A DNA stretch of 64,000 nt from an uncultured cyanobacterium (GCA_963740315.1 CAVUDP010000002.1:2336001-2400000), one strand, 5' to 3'; positions 22,301 through 32,622 are shown, numbered from the stretch's first letter. Notes: generated by a model not told the origin, from the letters alone. Numbers and translations: made by a program.

Positions 22301-23287
22301 TTAGGAACAACTCAGACACAAATAGTAGCTCAAAATACTCAAAACAAGGGAATATTTACTCTACCTGAAAATAAAAACCTCAAATTTAGCTTCGATCGCG
22401 TCGCAACTAAAAACGTCAGCGAAATTGGTTTATTTATAGTTGACGACGAAAACGGTAATATTAACGGTATCGCTCCAGATTCCCCCGATTATTTACAAGC
22501 AGCTTTAGTGCGATCGCAAGTAATCTTCTCAACAATTTCCAACCCTCCCAACGGATTTAACCGCAAAGATATTCAACGTATTCTCGAACTCGATTCTCAA
22601 AGACAATTCGGTTTCTACATCATACCCAACGGTAGCAGCGACACGGTAATTGCAGAAAACTTACCCGTATTATTTTCCAACACTTCACAGATACAGGTAA
22701 ATAACTTTGATCGAGACGGATTTAGCTTAAAATTATCAGAGCAAATATCATTAAACGTAAAATTCGCCGACGATATCCCCCCAGTTGGAACAAAATTACA
22801 ATCACAAAAAGAACTTATCGATCTACGAGATGAAGTAGGTTCAATATCAGTCAACATTGAAGTATACCGAGAAGCAGAATACGATAATGTAATCGGATTT
22901 TATCAGGTAGCTGACGTAGACGGTGGAATTGATATCACAGGAGACGGTATTGCAGATATCAATGTTGGGGAACAGGGATATAAAGAAGCAGCTTTAAATA
23001 ACCGGATTACAACTATCGATTTACTTAAAACCGAGAATCAGCAAACAGCATCCTACGACGGAATTTTAGAAGGTGGAAGTCTTATATCCTCCTTCATAAT
23101 TGTCGATGCAACCTTAGAAGAAGCCCTCAACGGCAACGTAGATGTTTACTTCTCACAATTAGGGGCACCTGGTGGTATGGATAGCGTAAGGATGTTGGGT
23201 GATAACATCTTTGGTTTTGAAGATTCGGGGAATGCTGGGGATTTTGATTATAACGACATGATTGTGAAGATGGATTTTGCTGTTTGA
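19346..23287 (+). CDS. Large G8-domain protein with beta-helix, PKD-like and C-terminal DUF4114-like regions
   Basis: SGSWFNPNTW...GKVP G8 start; RYALHFH; YGWDLNNDG PKD-like; FGFED...DFDYNDMIV C-terminus. Confidence 0.82.
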   Translation: MNSTNNMNHSDNPVKQKEHMDLVNLSQNLNNPVVAINSGSWFNPNTWQNGKVPGSSDDVVISEGVRVTYDDISDTRLNVMRVDGKLEFASNQNTKLILDSLFVSKQAELSIGTEDNPIQADKTAQIIFTSDTPIDTNWDKKQLSRGLVSHGKVDIFGADKTDFLTLKNDVFAGTNQLVLESVPQGWRVGDTIVVGGTKYDYDGSDDDNSRFQDEVLTITEINGNTVKFTNNNITSGDNTVLRFDHKRPDIAEKDRLNLYVANTSRNVSFETENADTVALSQRAHVMFMHNTDVRVYNAGFYGLGRTDKSIPVDDIGQNVDGSPGNGTNVRSRYALHFHRAGSEDINGMAAIAKGNAIVDSPGWGIVHHDSHAIIEDNVVFDVIGSGIITESGNEIGAWRNNITIKTVGFSGDRNALDPDSPRVLNFDFGFDGEGYWVQGASAIAIENNVAISAAGGGINIYGGNDGGESVRDKKFIDVKNLPDYLKDIAKGTDDETKVDVGAVPFQLSGFESYNSRDGIFSWGKVRNDDGQLDSNFDSEGLKRPAHEYISTLKDFKLWNIYEKGIVLFYNNNFEFKDGLIVGDSVANDRHGLGIFTNHASKEETFDNLTIKRFAEGLTVPFDAGKDFIASGFKNSSFSEIDNLFVATEPPKPRDNFLGEIEDFPSYFEIYNTEFASVAGNLAPTPIFQTQEIGGYAVQLDASASFDRDTDAKFKNQPSKGIVAYGWDLNNDGNIDKFGRKINHYFDKAGLRDINLTVWDNRGATNTITQAINIQQTAYKNPLINGDFSSNQLGEDYKANSTAANQGWFATPGAKHNSGAITMSGEFAAGLSQIIYDKQITRGLQTLSFNLKNTEGGSESFQKNKIVVTFYGVNGEFDNDLYFGKGPNQVGVLPMNSIKLLEEDLGDSDYEEIIRDIDLGTGYDYLMFQINTSQANDSGDFIAIDDVAIVGEGLPIVIPEEIILPELIQDPSIDIPVIDIADNPDNLGTTQTQIVAQNTQNKGIFTLPENKNLKFSFDRVATKNVSEIGLFIVDDENGNINGIAPDSPDYLQAALVRSQVIFSTISNPPNGFNRKDIQRILELDSQRQFGFYIIPNGSSDTVIAENLPVLFSNTSQIQVNNFDRDGFSLKLSEQISLNVKFADDIPPVGTKLQSQKELIDLRDEVGSISVNIEVYREAEYDNVIGFYQVADVDGGIDITGDGIADINVGEQGYKEAALNNRITTIDLLKTENQQTASYDGILEGGSLISSFIIVDATLEEALNGNVDVYFSQLGAPGGMDSVRMLGDNIFGFEDSGNAGDFDYNDMIVKMDFAV

Positions 23288-23390
23288 GGAAATTGCCCGT
23301 AACCCTCACTCTAGAAGAGTGGGGCAAGTTTAACGGTGTCAGAATGGCACCATTCAGTTAAAATAAAACAACATCATATTCTTTATATAT

Positions 23391-23678
23391 ATGCCTAACA
23401 GCCAAGAAAATACAGTACTAGTAACGGCTATAATTCCTACGAGCATTCAAGAAACTCTACAAAAAGCAGCAGAATTATCAGGTGCTACTTTGAATCAGTT
23501 TATGGTACAAGCAGCATTGAAAGAAGCAAAAAAAATCATAGAAGATGAAGGATTGATAGTTTTATCGGAAGTAGATGCTGTGATGGTATTTAATCTGATT
23601 GAAAATCTCCCTGCACCTAATAGGAATTTAAAAACAGCAAGAAAGAAACACGAGGAATTATTTAGTGAGAATAGTTGA
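23391..23678 (+). CDS. DUF1778/TacA-family antitoxin (orphan)
   Basis: LQKAAELSGATLNQFMVQAALKEA...IVLS...PAPN.L is typical of DUF1778. Confidence 0.85.
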   Translation: MPNSQENTVLVTAIIPTSIQETLQKAAELSGATLNQFMVQAALKEAKKIIEDEGLIVLSEVDAVMVFNLIENLPAPNRNLKTARKKHEELFSENS

Positions 23679-23714
23679 GTTATTAAACTTGAGTAATTCC
23701 TTATTTACCTCCAA

Positions 23715-24316
23715 TCAACCCTCCTTCACCATCCACACCAAAAAACCAACAATTGGCTCAATTGGAGGCAGCGAATAATCCATCAAATCTATAGTTACAA
23801 TTTGCCCTTCTAACTTAAAAAATCGCCATTGTGTTCCTTACTTACACAACCGTAAATAGTATTAATTAATTTTCCTCTAGCTTCATTAAATCGTTGTGCG
23901 GCTACCATTTCTGAAATACATTGTCCAATTCCAGATTTTAAGTCTGATTTTTTTGCTTCTACAATTACAATTGCAGGTGCTTCTACAGTTAATTGTTCGG
24001 GGGAACGACTAATTAAAAAATCACAAACTCCGTTTAACCCAACGCTAGCGTCAATGTTTAATTCTTCCCCAGAAAAAACGCTAATTTCTTGATTCAAAAT
24101 TCGTCGCACTTCTAAAAGTATCGGATTTATAATAACTTCAGAACGCGCTTTTTCTGTATCTACTGCTATAGCCCAAGGTAAATCTTCTAAAATTCCCTGC
24201 AATCTTGGACTGGGAGCAATAATTTCAACTGAATCTGGCAAAAACCTAACTCCTTCAACAGTTTTTAGACCAAAATCTTGTTTAACTTTGTCAATGGTAA
24301 ATTGGCTGTAAAGCAT
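23715..24316 (-). pseudogene. Frameshifted PD-(D/E)XK-like cyanobacterial protein (YSQFT...VEAKK family)
   Basis: Reading continues after a 1-nt loss near 23838 as GTQWRFFKLEGQIVTIDLMDY...VKEG* (TGA at 23715). Confidence 0.75.
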
Positions 24317-24446
24317 AATTAAAATCTAATTTCGGTTGATTATAAGTGTTCGATCGCTCACTTACATTATCAAAACTAAACGGCGATTACCATTATTCCA
24401 AAAAGATAATTAAATTTTAATTTACAAATTTGGAAACAAAAATCCT

Positions 24447-24473
24447 GGGAGACGTAAAATTTTACGTCTCTAC
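24447..24473. repeat. REP-like hairpin GAGACGTAAAATTTTACGTCTC-TAC overlapping a stop codon
   Basis: Perfect palindrome; degenerate copy at 10857-10881. Confidence 0.75.
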
Positions 24474-25391
24474 ATTATTTAATATTTGCCCAAATCTTTG
24501 GTTAAATCCTTGAATTCCCTGCAAACCACCACTGTGAATTACCACAATCGTACTACCATCTTTAAACTTACCTTTTTCAATTTCATTCCATACCCCATAA
24601 AATAATTTACCTGTATAAATAGGGTCAATTTGTAACCGAAATTTTTCGTAAAAAGTGTTGATAAAATCGATTAATTCCTGATTCCATTTTGTATAACCAC
24701 CGAAGTGATAATCTGTCACTAACTGCCAATTTTCATATTTTTTACCCACCCATTCCCATATCAAATTATTAATTTCATCTTTAATAAAATCGCCCTTCAA
24801 CGCTGGGAAAACCTTTAAATAAGACATTCCAGCCAAACCAGTAACTAACCCCGCAGCGGTTCCACCCGTACCGCTACTTACACAAAAATAATCCGGTACG
24901 CGATCAAGTTGTTCTCTTACTTCTGCAACTATCTCTGCACAACCTTTAACCGCTAAAGCATTACTTCCACCTTCGGGTATTACATAACACTTCCCCAATT
25001 CATCCTGTAAACGTGCGGCTATTTCCGCTTTTTCTTCTCGATATGCTCGTCTTTCTACAAATACCAACCGCATTCCCTGCTGTTGTGCTAAATGCAAAGT
25101 TGGATTTAACGGCTTTACTAATTCCCCTCGAATAATACCAATCGTCTCAAAACCAAACATTTTACCCGCTGCGGCTGTTGCTGCAATATGATTGGAATAA
25201 GCTCCACCGAAAGTAAGTAAGCGTTTTTGTTGCTGCTCTCTTGCTGCTTGTAGATTATATTTTAATTTACGCCACTTATTACCAGAAACTTGTGGGTGAA
25301 TCAAATCATCGCGTTTAACAAATAGACGTATTCCGCGTTTTGTTAAGAATTCATTTTCAATAAGTTGCAGTGGGCTTAGTTGATTGAGCAT
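24462..25391 (-). CDS. ACC deaminase / D-cysteine desulfhydrase family PLP enzyme
   Basis: KRDD, SGNKWRKL, GGAYSNH, GTGGT and DPIYTGK motifs. Confidence 0.92.
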   Translation of the reverse strand: MLNQLSPLQLIENEFLTKRGIRLFVKRDDLIHPQVSGNKWRKLKYNLQAAREQQQKRLLTFGGAYSNHIAATAAAGKMFGFETIGIIRGELVKPLNPTLHLAQQQGMRLVFVERRAYREEKAEIAARLQDELGKCYVIPEGGSNALAVKGCAEIVAEVREQLDRVPDYFCVSSGTGGTAAGLVTGLAGMSYLKVFPALKGDFIKDEINNLIWEWVGKKYENWQLVTDYHFGGYTKWNQELIDFINTFYEKFRLQIDPIYTGKLFYGVWNEIEKGKFKDGSTIVVIHSGGLQGIQGFNQRFGQILNNVET

Positions 25392-25528
25392 GAATTAATA
25401 GACATTGAAAAAAAATATCTTAGTGTTAATTAAAATAGTGTTATTTAATCAAAAAAAGCGAGCAAGATGCTAATCAAAAAAAGCGAGCAAGATGCTCGCA
25501 CTACTTCTAACTCCTAACTCCGGTGATC

Positions 25529-27154
25529 CTACCTTTTCAAAAACTTCTGTCGCAAACGACTGACAAAAAGATTCACTTCCGGCAACTTCATCGTTGAAGC
25601 AATAATTCCAAATATTGCCAACCCTACAAAACCAGATATTGATAATTGCAAAAGCTCAATTAAGAAGTTTTCCGAACTAAACAACTGTTCTAAACCCAAA
25701 GAAGTTGCATAACCTGCGGCACCCGCTACAAGGCTACCCGCAGTTAATCCTAATATTGGTAAACCCCATTCTACAAGAGGTAAACCGTTTAATTTACGGT
25801 TGAGTAGGAATAACAACATTAATATTGAACTGCAATTTACTCCTACTGTTGCTAATACCAAACCCGGTGCGCCGAAATCAAAAACTTTGATAAATAGAAA
25901 GTCGAATAAAGCATTAAGAAAAATGTTGATCATACTGATGCGGAATGGTGTATCCCCATCGCCTAAAGCGTAAAATACCCGCACCAAAACATCGCGCCCT
26001 AAATAAACAAACATCCCGATGCCGTTAATAACTAATAAAGAAGCAACTAAGGCTGAATCTTCTGCATTAAAAGCACCGCGTTGATAGACTATCTTGACAA
26101 TTGGGTTTGCTAAAGCCACCATCAAAGCTCCCAAGGGCAGCATTGTAAAAGCACTAAGTAACAATCCCTGACGGATGCGTAATTTTAAATCTCCCCAATC
26201 TTGTGGATCTGCAAGTCGAGCAAACATTGGTAGTAAAGGAACTAAAATTACGCCGGAAATAATTCCTAAAGGGGTTTGTACTAACAATCCAGCATTGGCT
26301 AAAGCGGGTGCAACCTCAGTACTAATAAATGAAGCGAAAAATAAATCGGTGTAAAGGTTAATTGAAAGCATCCCAGAAGAAAAGGTTGCAGGTCCCATAA
26401 TCTTCAGGATTTCTTTTACTCCCGGTTGATTAAAGTCGAATCGCAGCCGAATTCTCCCCATTCCCGCTTTTGCTTGAGCTGCTAGCTGCACAAACCACTG
26501 CAAAAACGCTCCGACTAAAGTTCCCCCCGCTAAGACAGTTCCCCCCAACATCGCGTATTCTGGGGTACTAATTTTGTCACCGACTTGTAGATAAAGAATA
26601 CCCACAGCAACGACAACCGCAGTACTAGAAAACAAAGGACTAATTGAAGGAAGCCAAAATACATTCGCAGCATTCAGCACGCCAAAACCAATACCAATTA
26701 AACCCGCTAAAACCGCCATTGGAGCCATAACTCGCAACTGACGAATAGCAATTTCTCGAACTAACTCCTTACCCGGCTCCAGCAAACCCGGTGCAAAAAC
26801 ATCAATAAATAAAGGTGCAGCAATTACCAAAACAATCGAGACAATAATTAGTATTCCACCAATCAGCGTCATAATAGTTTCTACCAACGGTGCGGCTTCT
26901 TCCCGATCGCGTTTAGCTAAAACACTAACTACAGCACTGTAAAAAGGACCATTGATACCGCCCAGTAATATCAGTAAAAACCCTGGAATCGTATAAGCGT
27001 ATTGAAAACCCGCAAAAGCAGGACCCAAACCATAAGCGGCAGACATAACCAGCTGCCGCACCAAACCAAAAACCTTGCTGATTAAAGTAGCAGCAGCAAC
27101 AATGCCAGCAATTCCAGCAAAAGAACGAGACGGTTTATCCTGTTGTTTCGTCAC
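25529..27154 (-). CDS. murJ: Lipid II flippase MurJ (MviN)
   Basis: ATLISKVFGLVRQ, QRGAF and RVFYALGD motifs; many TM helices; GTG start at 27154 preferred. Confidence 0.95.
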   Translation of the reverse strand: MTKQQDKPSRSFAGIAGIVAAATLISKVFGLVRQLVMSAAYGLGPAFAGFQYAYTIPGFLLILLGGINGPFYSAVVSVLAKRDREEAAPLVETIMTLIGGILIIVSIVLVIAAPLFIDVFAPGLLEPGKELVREIAIRQLRVMAPMAVLAGLIGIGFGVLNAANVFWLPSISPLFSSTAVVVAVGILYLQVGDKISTPEYAMLGGTVLAGGTLVGAFLQWFVQLAAQAKAGMGRIRLRFDFNQPGVKEILKIMGPATFSSGMLSINLYTDLFFASFISTEVAPALANAGLLVQTPLGIISGVILVPLLPMFARLADPQDWGDLKLRIRQGLLLSAFTMLPLGALMVALANPIVKIVYQRGAFNAEDSALVASLLVINGIGMFVYLGRDVLVRVFYALGDGDTPFRISMINIFLNALFDFLFIKVFDFGAPGLVLATVGVNCSSILMLLFLLNRKLNGLPLVEWGLPILGLTAGSLVAGAAGYATSLGLEQLFSSENFLIELLQLSISGFVGLAIFGIIASTMKLPEVNLFVSRLRQKFLKR

Positions 27155-27360
27155 AAATAATACCCGACAACACTCCACGGAAGATATCTGAAAGTATTTA
27201 ACCTGAAATTGAGTTAATTGTCAGGGAAAATGTGACAAAAAAGGTTAAAGGTTAAAGGTTAAAGGTTAGGAGTTAGGACCACCGGAGTTAGGAATTATTT
27301 TCTACCCCCTCTACCCCCTCTCCCCCTTTCTCCTTGTCCCCCCATCTCCCCATCCCTTCT

Positions 27361-27867
27361 TCATCGGCATCCAAGACTATACCGCGTCTCAACCCCAGTT
27401 TCCGGATTTACTCCCGAAGCGCGATCGCACATTAATTTCACTTGATAGCGATCGACTATGGCATCTGTAAAATCGGCACCAGTAATATCCGCGTCAAAAA
27501 AGCGACTGCGGCTCATTATTGCTTGTGTGAAGTTGACGTTTCTCAGGTTGGCGTTATCCATTGTCACCTGGTCTACCAAGGCTCCTGTAAGGTTTGCGCC
27601 TTCTAAGTTGGCTTTGAGTAAATTGCCTTTGGTAAACATCGCGTTTGTTAAATCGGCACCTTGGAAATTAGCTCCCCGCATTTCAGCTGCAATAAAATTG
27701 ACTCCGATCAACTCTTTATTAGAGAAATCGCGGTTTTCTAAATTTGTACTACTGTAATTAATCGTGTCTATTTGAGCAAAAGCTGGATGAGCATCAAGCA
27801 GTACCCACAACCACGCTAAACACAAAACGAAAACTAAACCCAAAAAGCGAAAAAGAATTTTTTTCAT
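27361..27867 (-). CDS. Pentapeptide repeat protein with signal peptide
   Basis: A(D/N)LxG repeats; C-terminal LMC..ASG.NP.TGV.TR.SLGC. Confidence 0.93.
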   Translation of the reverse strand: MKKILFRFLGLVFVLCLAWLWVLLDAHPAFAQIDTINYSSTNLENRDFSNKELIGVNFIAAEMRGANFQGADLTNAMFTKGNLLKANLEGANLTGALVDQVTMDNANLRNVNFTQAIMSRSRFFDADITGADFTDAIVDRYQVKLMCDRASGVNPETGVETRYSLGCR

Positions 27868-27950
27868 AATCTTAAAATTTTGATAGTGGATAGTGGATAG
27901 TGGTTAGTGGTTAGTAGAACAACCAACAACTAACAACTAACAACTAACAA

Positions 27951-29411
27951 CTACTTCCAATCTTTCCCAATACGAATTGTTAGGTCAGATTCTATATCGC
28001 CAGTGGCAGATACATCAATATGATTGATGCTTAAAATTTTCTGTAATTCGGATGCTGCTTGGTTATTCCCTTTTTGTACGATTATTTCAGATTTTGCTCG
28101 TTCGTCTAACCAGTTAGGTATTGCGTAAACTTTTGTAAAGCCTTGTTTTTTGAGAATTTCGATCGCTTTTTGAGTTTGTTCTGGGCGATCGCCGGTACTT
28201 TGAATAGCAATTCTTAAACTGGTAAGTGACTTGTTGCTTTGCTTGAGGCTAGCTAAGTTTACTCCGGCATAATCGGAAAGTAAGTTGGCTTGTCCGGTCA
28301 AATTCAACCAGTAGCTATCGGGATCTGCACTCAAACGGCTGAAAATTCCCGGTAGCATAGTCATTTGAAAATCGTCTTGCTCCACTTTTAAAGTGAAGTT
28401 GACTAACGCCATCATTTCTTCCAGCTTCAAGTTGGTGTCAAAGTACTTTCGCATTACGCGAGTTAACTGCGGTAAGCGAGGTAATACTTTAGGACTCCAA
28501 AGACGTTCGCGCAAGGCTAACAACATTGTTTGCTGTCGCTGGACTCTTTCTAAATCTCCGGAAGCTTCTTCACGGTAACGGACGAATTGTTCTGCTTGTT
28601 CGCCATTTAAAGTTTGCCAACCAGCAACCAGATCGATCGATAAGTTTTGAGCGGAATCTTTGTACTGCATAGGCTTGGGTACAAATACTTCTACTCCTCC
28701 CAACTGATCTACTAATTGCTGCATTCCAGCGGTTGAAATACGAATGTAGCGATGAATCGGCGCATTACTCAAACTACGACTTACCACCCGCGCAGCTAAA
28801 ACCGGGCCACCAGAAGCGTTTGCTTGGGATACTTTATTTAATCCCTCTTCAGGAATTGAGATCATCGTACCCTTGGGAATCGAAAGTACCCGCACGGTTT
28901 TATCTTGGGGATTAACTCTTACCAACAGCATGGTATCGCTAGTACCAGCAAAACTTTCCGGCGAACCTTCAACCGTACCGGGTACGGGTTCGATTCCCAA
29001 AACCAAAATATTCATTGGTTTTTTGAGTTGGTATTGAGAAATATTACTCCACAAAGCCCCAGGTAATGGTTGATCCTCAGCATCTATTGGGGACCATCCC
29101 AACTCATCTTCAGTTTTATCTGCTCCACTCCATAACGGAGTCCAAAGCGCCAAACTTGATACCAGTAAACCCGATAAAGTGATCCCCATGACAACTGTCA
29201 GAATCCAAAACAGCCATCTGGGCATCGCCAAACCCAGGCGATAATAAAGCTGACTGGGAATAGAACCCGTTTTTTTACTTGACTTTTGTTCAACCGGAAC
29301 TAAGTGATTATCTTCTTGAGCTTGATTTAGTAACTCTTGCTCCCGTTCGTAAGTTTCCCGATCGTTCCAACTTTCTATTTGTTTAACCACAACTAACTCC
29401 CCACTAACCAA
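27951..29411 (-). CDS. conR: LCP (LytR-CpsA-Psr) family protein with LytR C-terminal domain, ConR-like
   Basis: NILVLG, SDTMLL, FVRYR and D.ERVQRQ motifs. Neighbourhood recalled as matching Anabaena conR; orthology not verified. Confidence 0.75.
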   Translation of the reverse strand: MVSGELVVVKQIESWNDRETYEREQELLNQAQEDNHLVPVEQKSSKKTGSIPSQLYYRLGLAMPRWLFWILTVVMGITLSGLLVSSLALWTPLWSGADKTEDELGWSPIDAEDQPLPGALWSNISQYQLKKPMNILVLGIEPVPGTVEGSPESFAGTSDTMLLVRVNPQDKTVRVLSIPKGTMISIPEEGLNKVSQANASGGPVLAARVVSRSLSNAPIHRYIRISTAGMQQLVDQLGGVEVFVPKPMQYKDSAQNLSIDLVAGWQTLNGEQAEQFVRYREEASGDLERVQRQQTMLLALRERLWSPKVLPRLPQLTRVMRKYFDTNLKLEEMMALVNFTLKVEQDDFQMTMLPGIFSRLSADPDSYWLNLTGQANLLSDYAGVNLASLKQSNKSLTSLRIAIQSTGDRPEQTQKAIEILKKQGFTKVYAIPNWLDERAKSEIIVQKGNNQAASELQKILSINHIDVSATGDIESDLTIRIGKDWK

Positions 29412-29504
29412 TCCCTAACGTAATCTTAATTCAAGCTAAAAATATTGCCACTTTAAAAGCCCACTGTACACTTGAAGTGTCGTAAATTAGGTAGGTAAGA
29501 CAAC

Positions 29505-30569
29505 ATGACTAGTCGATTGTTCCCAGTAATTCTTGCAGGTGGTAAAGGCGAACGTTTTTGGCCCCTTTCTCGACGAACCCGACCCAAACAATTTTTAAAT
29601 CTTGATGGCACTTCTCGAAGCTTAATGCAAGCCACTGCCGATAGGTTGTTGCCGCTGACTGATGGTTGGGATTCCTTATGGGTAATAACTTCTAGTCTCA
29701 TAGCAGAAGGTGTGAAAGAACAATTACCAGAATTGCCTGAAAACAACTTGCTTGTAGAACCACAAGGAAGAGATACGGCAGCAGCAGTTGCCTGGGCTAG
29801 TTTAGAAATTAAAAAGCGTTACGGTGAAGACGCGATCGTTGGTTTTTTCCCTGCCGATCACTGGATTGCCGACCAAGAAGCTTTTGCAAGTACATTAAAT
29901 GCAGCAGCAGAGTTAGCGGCACAAAATCCGGCGATCGTAACTTTGGGGATCAAACCAACATTTCCATCAACAGGCTACGGCTACATAGAGCAAGGTGAAA
30001 AATTTGGTAGCTTTAACAACTTGCCAGCCTATCACGTTAACCGCTTTACTGAAAAGCCCGACCGCGACACGGCGGAAACTTTTTTACAAACGGGACGCTT
30101 TAGCTGGAATAGCGGAATGTTTATTTTTAGAGCAGGCGTTGTGATTAAAGAGCTATATACTCATGCTCCGGAAATCATCGAACCCATCGATAAAAACGGT
30201 CCCGAAATTTATCCCCAACTGCCCAAACTAAGCGTAGACTATGCCTTAATGGAAAAAACCAATTTGGCATACGTCTTACCAGTAGAATTTGGCTGGGACG
30301 ATTTAGGAGATTGGAACGCCATTGAAAGACTGCTCAAAAAAGAAAAAGAACCAAACGTCGAATTAGCTACTCATGTAGGATTAGACACCAAAGGAGCCAT
30401 TCTTTATGCCAGCGATGAAGATGATGTAATTGTTACTATCGGGCTTGAAGATGTAGTTGTCGTTCGCGACAAAAATGTCACCCTGATTGTTAAAAAAGAA
30501 CGCACCCAAGAAATCAAGCAGGTACTCAAAACTCTACAATCCGATTCCCGCTTTACCGAATTACTTTAA
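29505..30569 (+). CDS. manC: Mannose-1-phosphate guanylyltransferase
   Basis: ILAGGKGERFWPLSR..RPKQ, FTEKP, WNSG and WDDLGDW motifs. Confidence 0.93.
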   Translation: MTSRLFPVILAGGKGERFWPLSRRTRPKQFLNLDGTSRSLMQATADRLLPLTDGWDSLWVITSSLIAEGVKEQLPELPENNLLVEPQGRDTAAAVAWASLEIKKRYGEDAIVGFFPADHWIADQEAFASTLNAAAELAAQNPAIVTLGIKPTFPSTGYGYIEQGEKFGSFNNLPAYHVNRFTEKPDRDTAETFLQTGRFSWNSGMFIFRAGVVIKELYTHAPEIIEPIDKNGPEIYPQLPKLSVDYALMEKTNLAYVLPVEFGWDDLGDWNAIERLLKKEKEPNVELATHVGLDTKGAILYASDEDDVIVTIGLEDVVVVRDKNVTLIVKKERTQEIKQVLKTLQSDSRFTELL

Positions 30570-30616
30570 AGTCGCTATTCACTATAGAGTAACTATGTCT
30601 TAAGGATTATCGAGAC

Positions 30617-30664
30617 GGCGATTGGGTAAAAGGAAATACAAAAAATCCACCGTACCCAATCGCC
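30617..30664. terminator. 12-bp stem inverted repeat downstream of manC
   Basis: ggcgattgggta / tacccaatcgcc. Confidence 0.45.
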
Positions 30665-30882
30665 CAAAATCCATAACCTAATACCTAAAGTCAAAATATA
30701 GAAACAAAACTTCAAACTCTTGACAGAAGCATAAAAGCTAATTTTTCTACTAGTATAACTATTCGGTCAACAGTTAGCAGTTACCAGTGACCAGTTAAGA
30801 GAGAGGGGGTAGAAGGGGTAGAGGGGGTAGAGGGGGTAGAAAATATTTAACTCCTAACTTTTAACTCCTAACTCCTAACTAT

Positions 30883-30952
30883 TCCCAATGCCCAATGCCC
30901 AATGCCCAATGCCCAATGCCCAATGCCCAATTCCCAATGCCCAATGCCCAAT
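30883..30952. repeat. STRR heptamer array (CCCAATG)n
   Basis: About 10 tandem units. Confidence 0.95.
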
Positions 30953-30972
30953 ACACTAATTCTTATTAAAAA

Positions 30973-32622
30973 ATGTTTCTAACTCAAACCGTTCCTCGTC
31001 AAAGAGAAATTATTGAAGTTTTATTCCGCAATGGCTGGGATTATATGCGGCGGTTGATTACTCTTGGTAAAGCCGATGAACCCCAGTTACCTCCTCCTGC
31101 GGTGTTGAAGAATATTTTGGTGGATTTGGGTCCTGTTTATGTAAAACTGGGTCAATTACTTTCTACTCGTCCGGATTTGTTGAGTGCGTCTTATATTGAC
31201 GAACTTTCAACGCTACAAGATGATGTACCCCCGGTTGCTTGGGCTGATGTAGAAATACTTATTCGCAAGCAGTTAAAAGGACCTTTAGAAGAAAGCTTTG
31301 CCACGATTAATCCCGTACCTGTAGCTGCGGGTTCGATCGCTCAAACACATAAAGCGATTTTAAAAACTGGTCAAGAAGTTGCAATGAAGGTGCAGCGTCC
31401 TGGTATTGATCTGATTGTTGACCAAGATATTGCTTTAATTCAAGGAATAGCCGAATTAGTCGCTCGGACTGATTTTGGACAAGCTAACGAAATTAAGTCG
31501 ATCGCCGATGAATTTTGTACCGCGCTAAAAGCAGAATTAGATTTTACGCGAGAAGCTGGCTTTACCGATCAGCTACGACGCAATTTATCTGAAGGTACCT
31601 GGTTCGATCCTAATGATATAGTAGTTGCCAAAATCTACTGGGAATTAACCTCGGCAAAATTAATGGTGATGGAATGGCTTGATGGTGCGCCCATTTTATC
31701 GGCAACTATACCCAATGAAAATAATAAAGATACCGATGGGGTAACAGAGCGTCAAAGAGTTACCAGCTTGTTATTTGCTGTTTTTTGTCAGCAATTATAT
31801 GTAGACGGTTTCTTTCATGCAGATCCCCATCCCGGCAACATATTTTATCTCAATGACGGTCGCGTTGCCTTGTTAGACTGCGGTATGGTAGGAAGACTCG
31901 ACCCCCGCACCCAACAAATATTGATCGAAATGCTGCTGGCGATCGTGGATTTAGATGCTCCCCGATGCGCTCAGTTAACTTTGCAGCTATCGGGTTCATC
32001 CAAGCCAGTGGATATGTCGCGTCTGGAAGGTGATTTTGACCGGATGCTGCGAAAATACTTCAATCTCAGCTTAGCTCAGCTTAATTTTTCTGAGATAGTT
32101 TATGAAGTTTTTCAAGTTGCTCGCAACAACAACATCCGCTTACCCAGCAACATGGGATTGTACGCTAAAACCATCGCCAATTTAGAAGGATTAGCTAGAG
32201 GATTCAACCCAGAAATAAATTTCATCGAAGAAATCAAACCTTTTTTAACAGACTTATTCCGCAAACAATTAGTAGGGGATTCACCCGTTCGTTCTCTTTT
32301 AAGAACCGCACTAGATTTAAAAAGTCTTTCCCTACAATTCCCCCGTCAAATTGAATACTTGTTAGAGAAGGTAACAACAGAAACCTTGCAGTGGAACTTA
32401 AATATTAAAGGTTTAGACGGTTTGCGCCGCACCACAGACGATGCAGCCAATCGACTATCTTTTAGTGTATTGGTAGGTTCGCTGATCATGGGTGCAGCAA
32501 TTATTTCCACCAACGCTCAAACCGCCCAGTTATCTTTAATTAGTAACGTTTTGTTTGCTGCTGCGAGTTTATTAGGATTGTGGTTAATCTTTAGTATTTT
32601 GCGCTCTGGAAGATTGCGGTAA
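30973..32622 (+). CDS. ABC1/AarF/UbiB-family atypical kinase
   Basis: [26 protein letters not shown] and LLDCG motifs; two C-terminal TM helices. Confidence 0.93.
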   Translation: MFLTQTVPRQREIIEVLFRNGWDYMRRLITLGKADEPQLPPPAVLKNILVDLGPVYVKLGQLLSTRPDLLSASYIDELSTLQDDVPPVAWADVEILIRKQLKGPLEESFATINPVPVAAGSIAQTHKAILKTGQEVAMKVQRPGIDLIVDQDIALIQGIAELVARTDFGQANEIKSIADEFCTALKAELDFTREAGFTDQLRRNLSEGTWFDPNDIVVAKIYWELTSAKLMVMEWLDGAPILSATIPNENNKDTDGVTERQRVTSLLFAVFCQQLYVDGFFHADPHPGNIFYLNDGRVALLDCGMVGRLDPRTQQILIEMLLAIVDLDAPRCAQLTLQLSGSSKPVDMSRLEGDFDRMLRKYFNLSLAQLNFSEIVYEVFQVARNNNIRLPSNMGLYAKTIANLEGLARGFNPEINFIEEIKPFLTDLFRKQLVGDSPVRSLLRTALDLKSLSLQFPRQIEYLLEKVTTETLQWNLNIKGLDGLRRTTDDAANRLSFSVLVGSLIMGAAIISTNAQTAQLSLISNVLFAAASLLGLWLIFSILRSGRLR

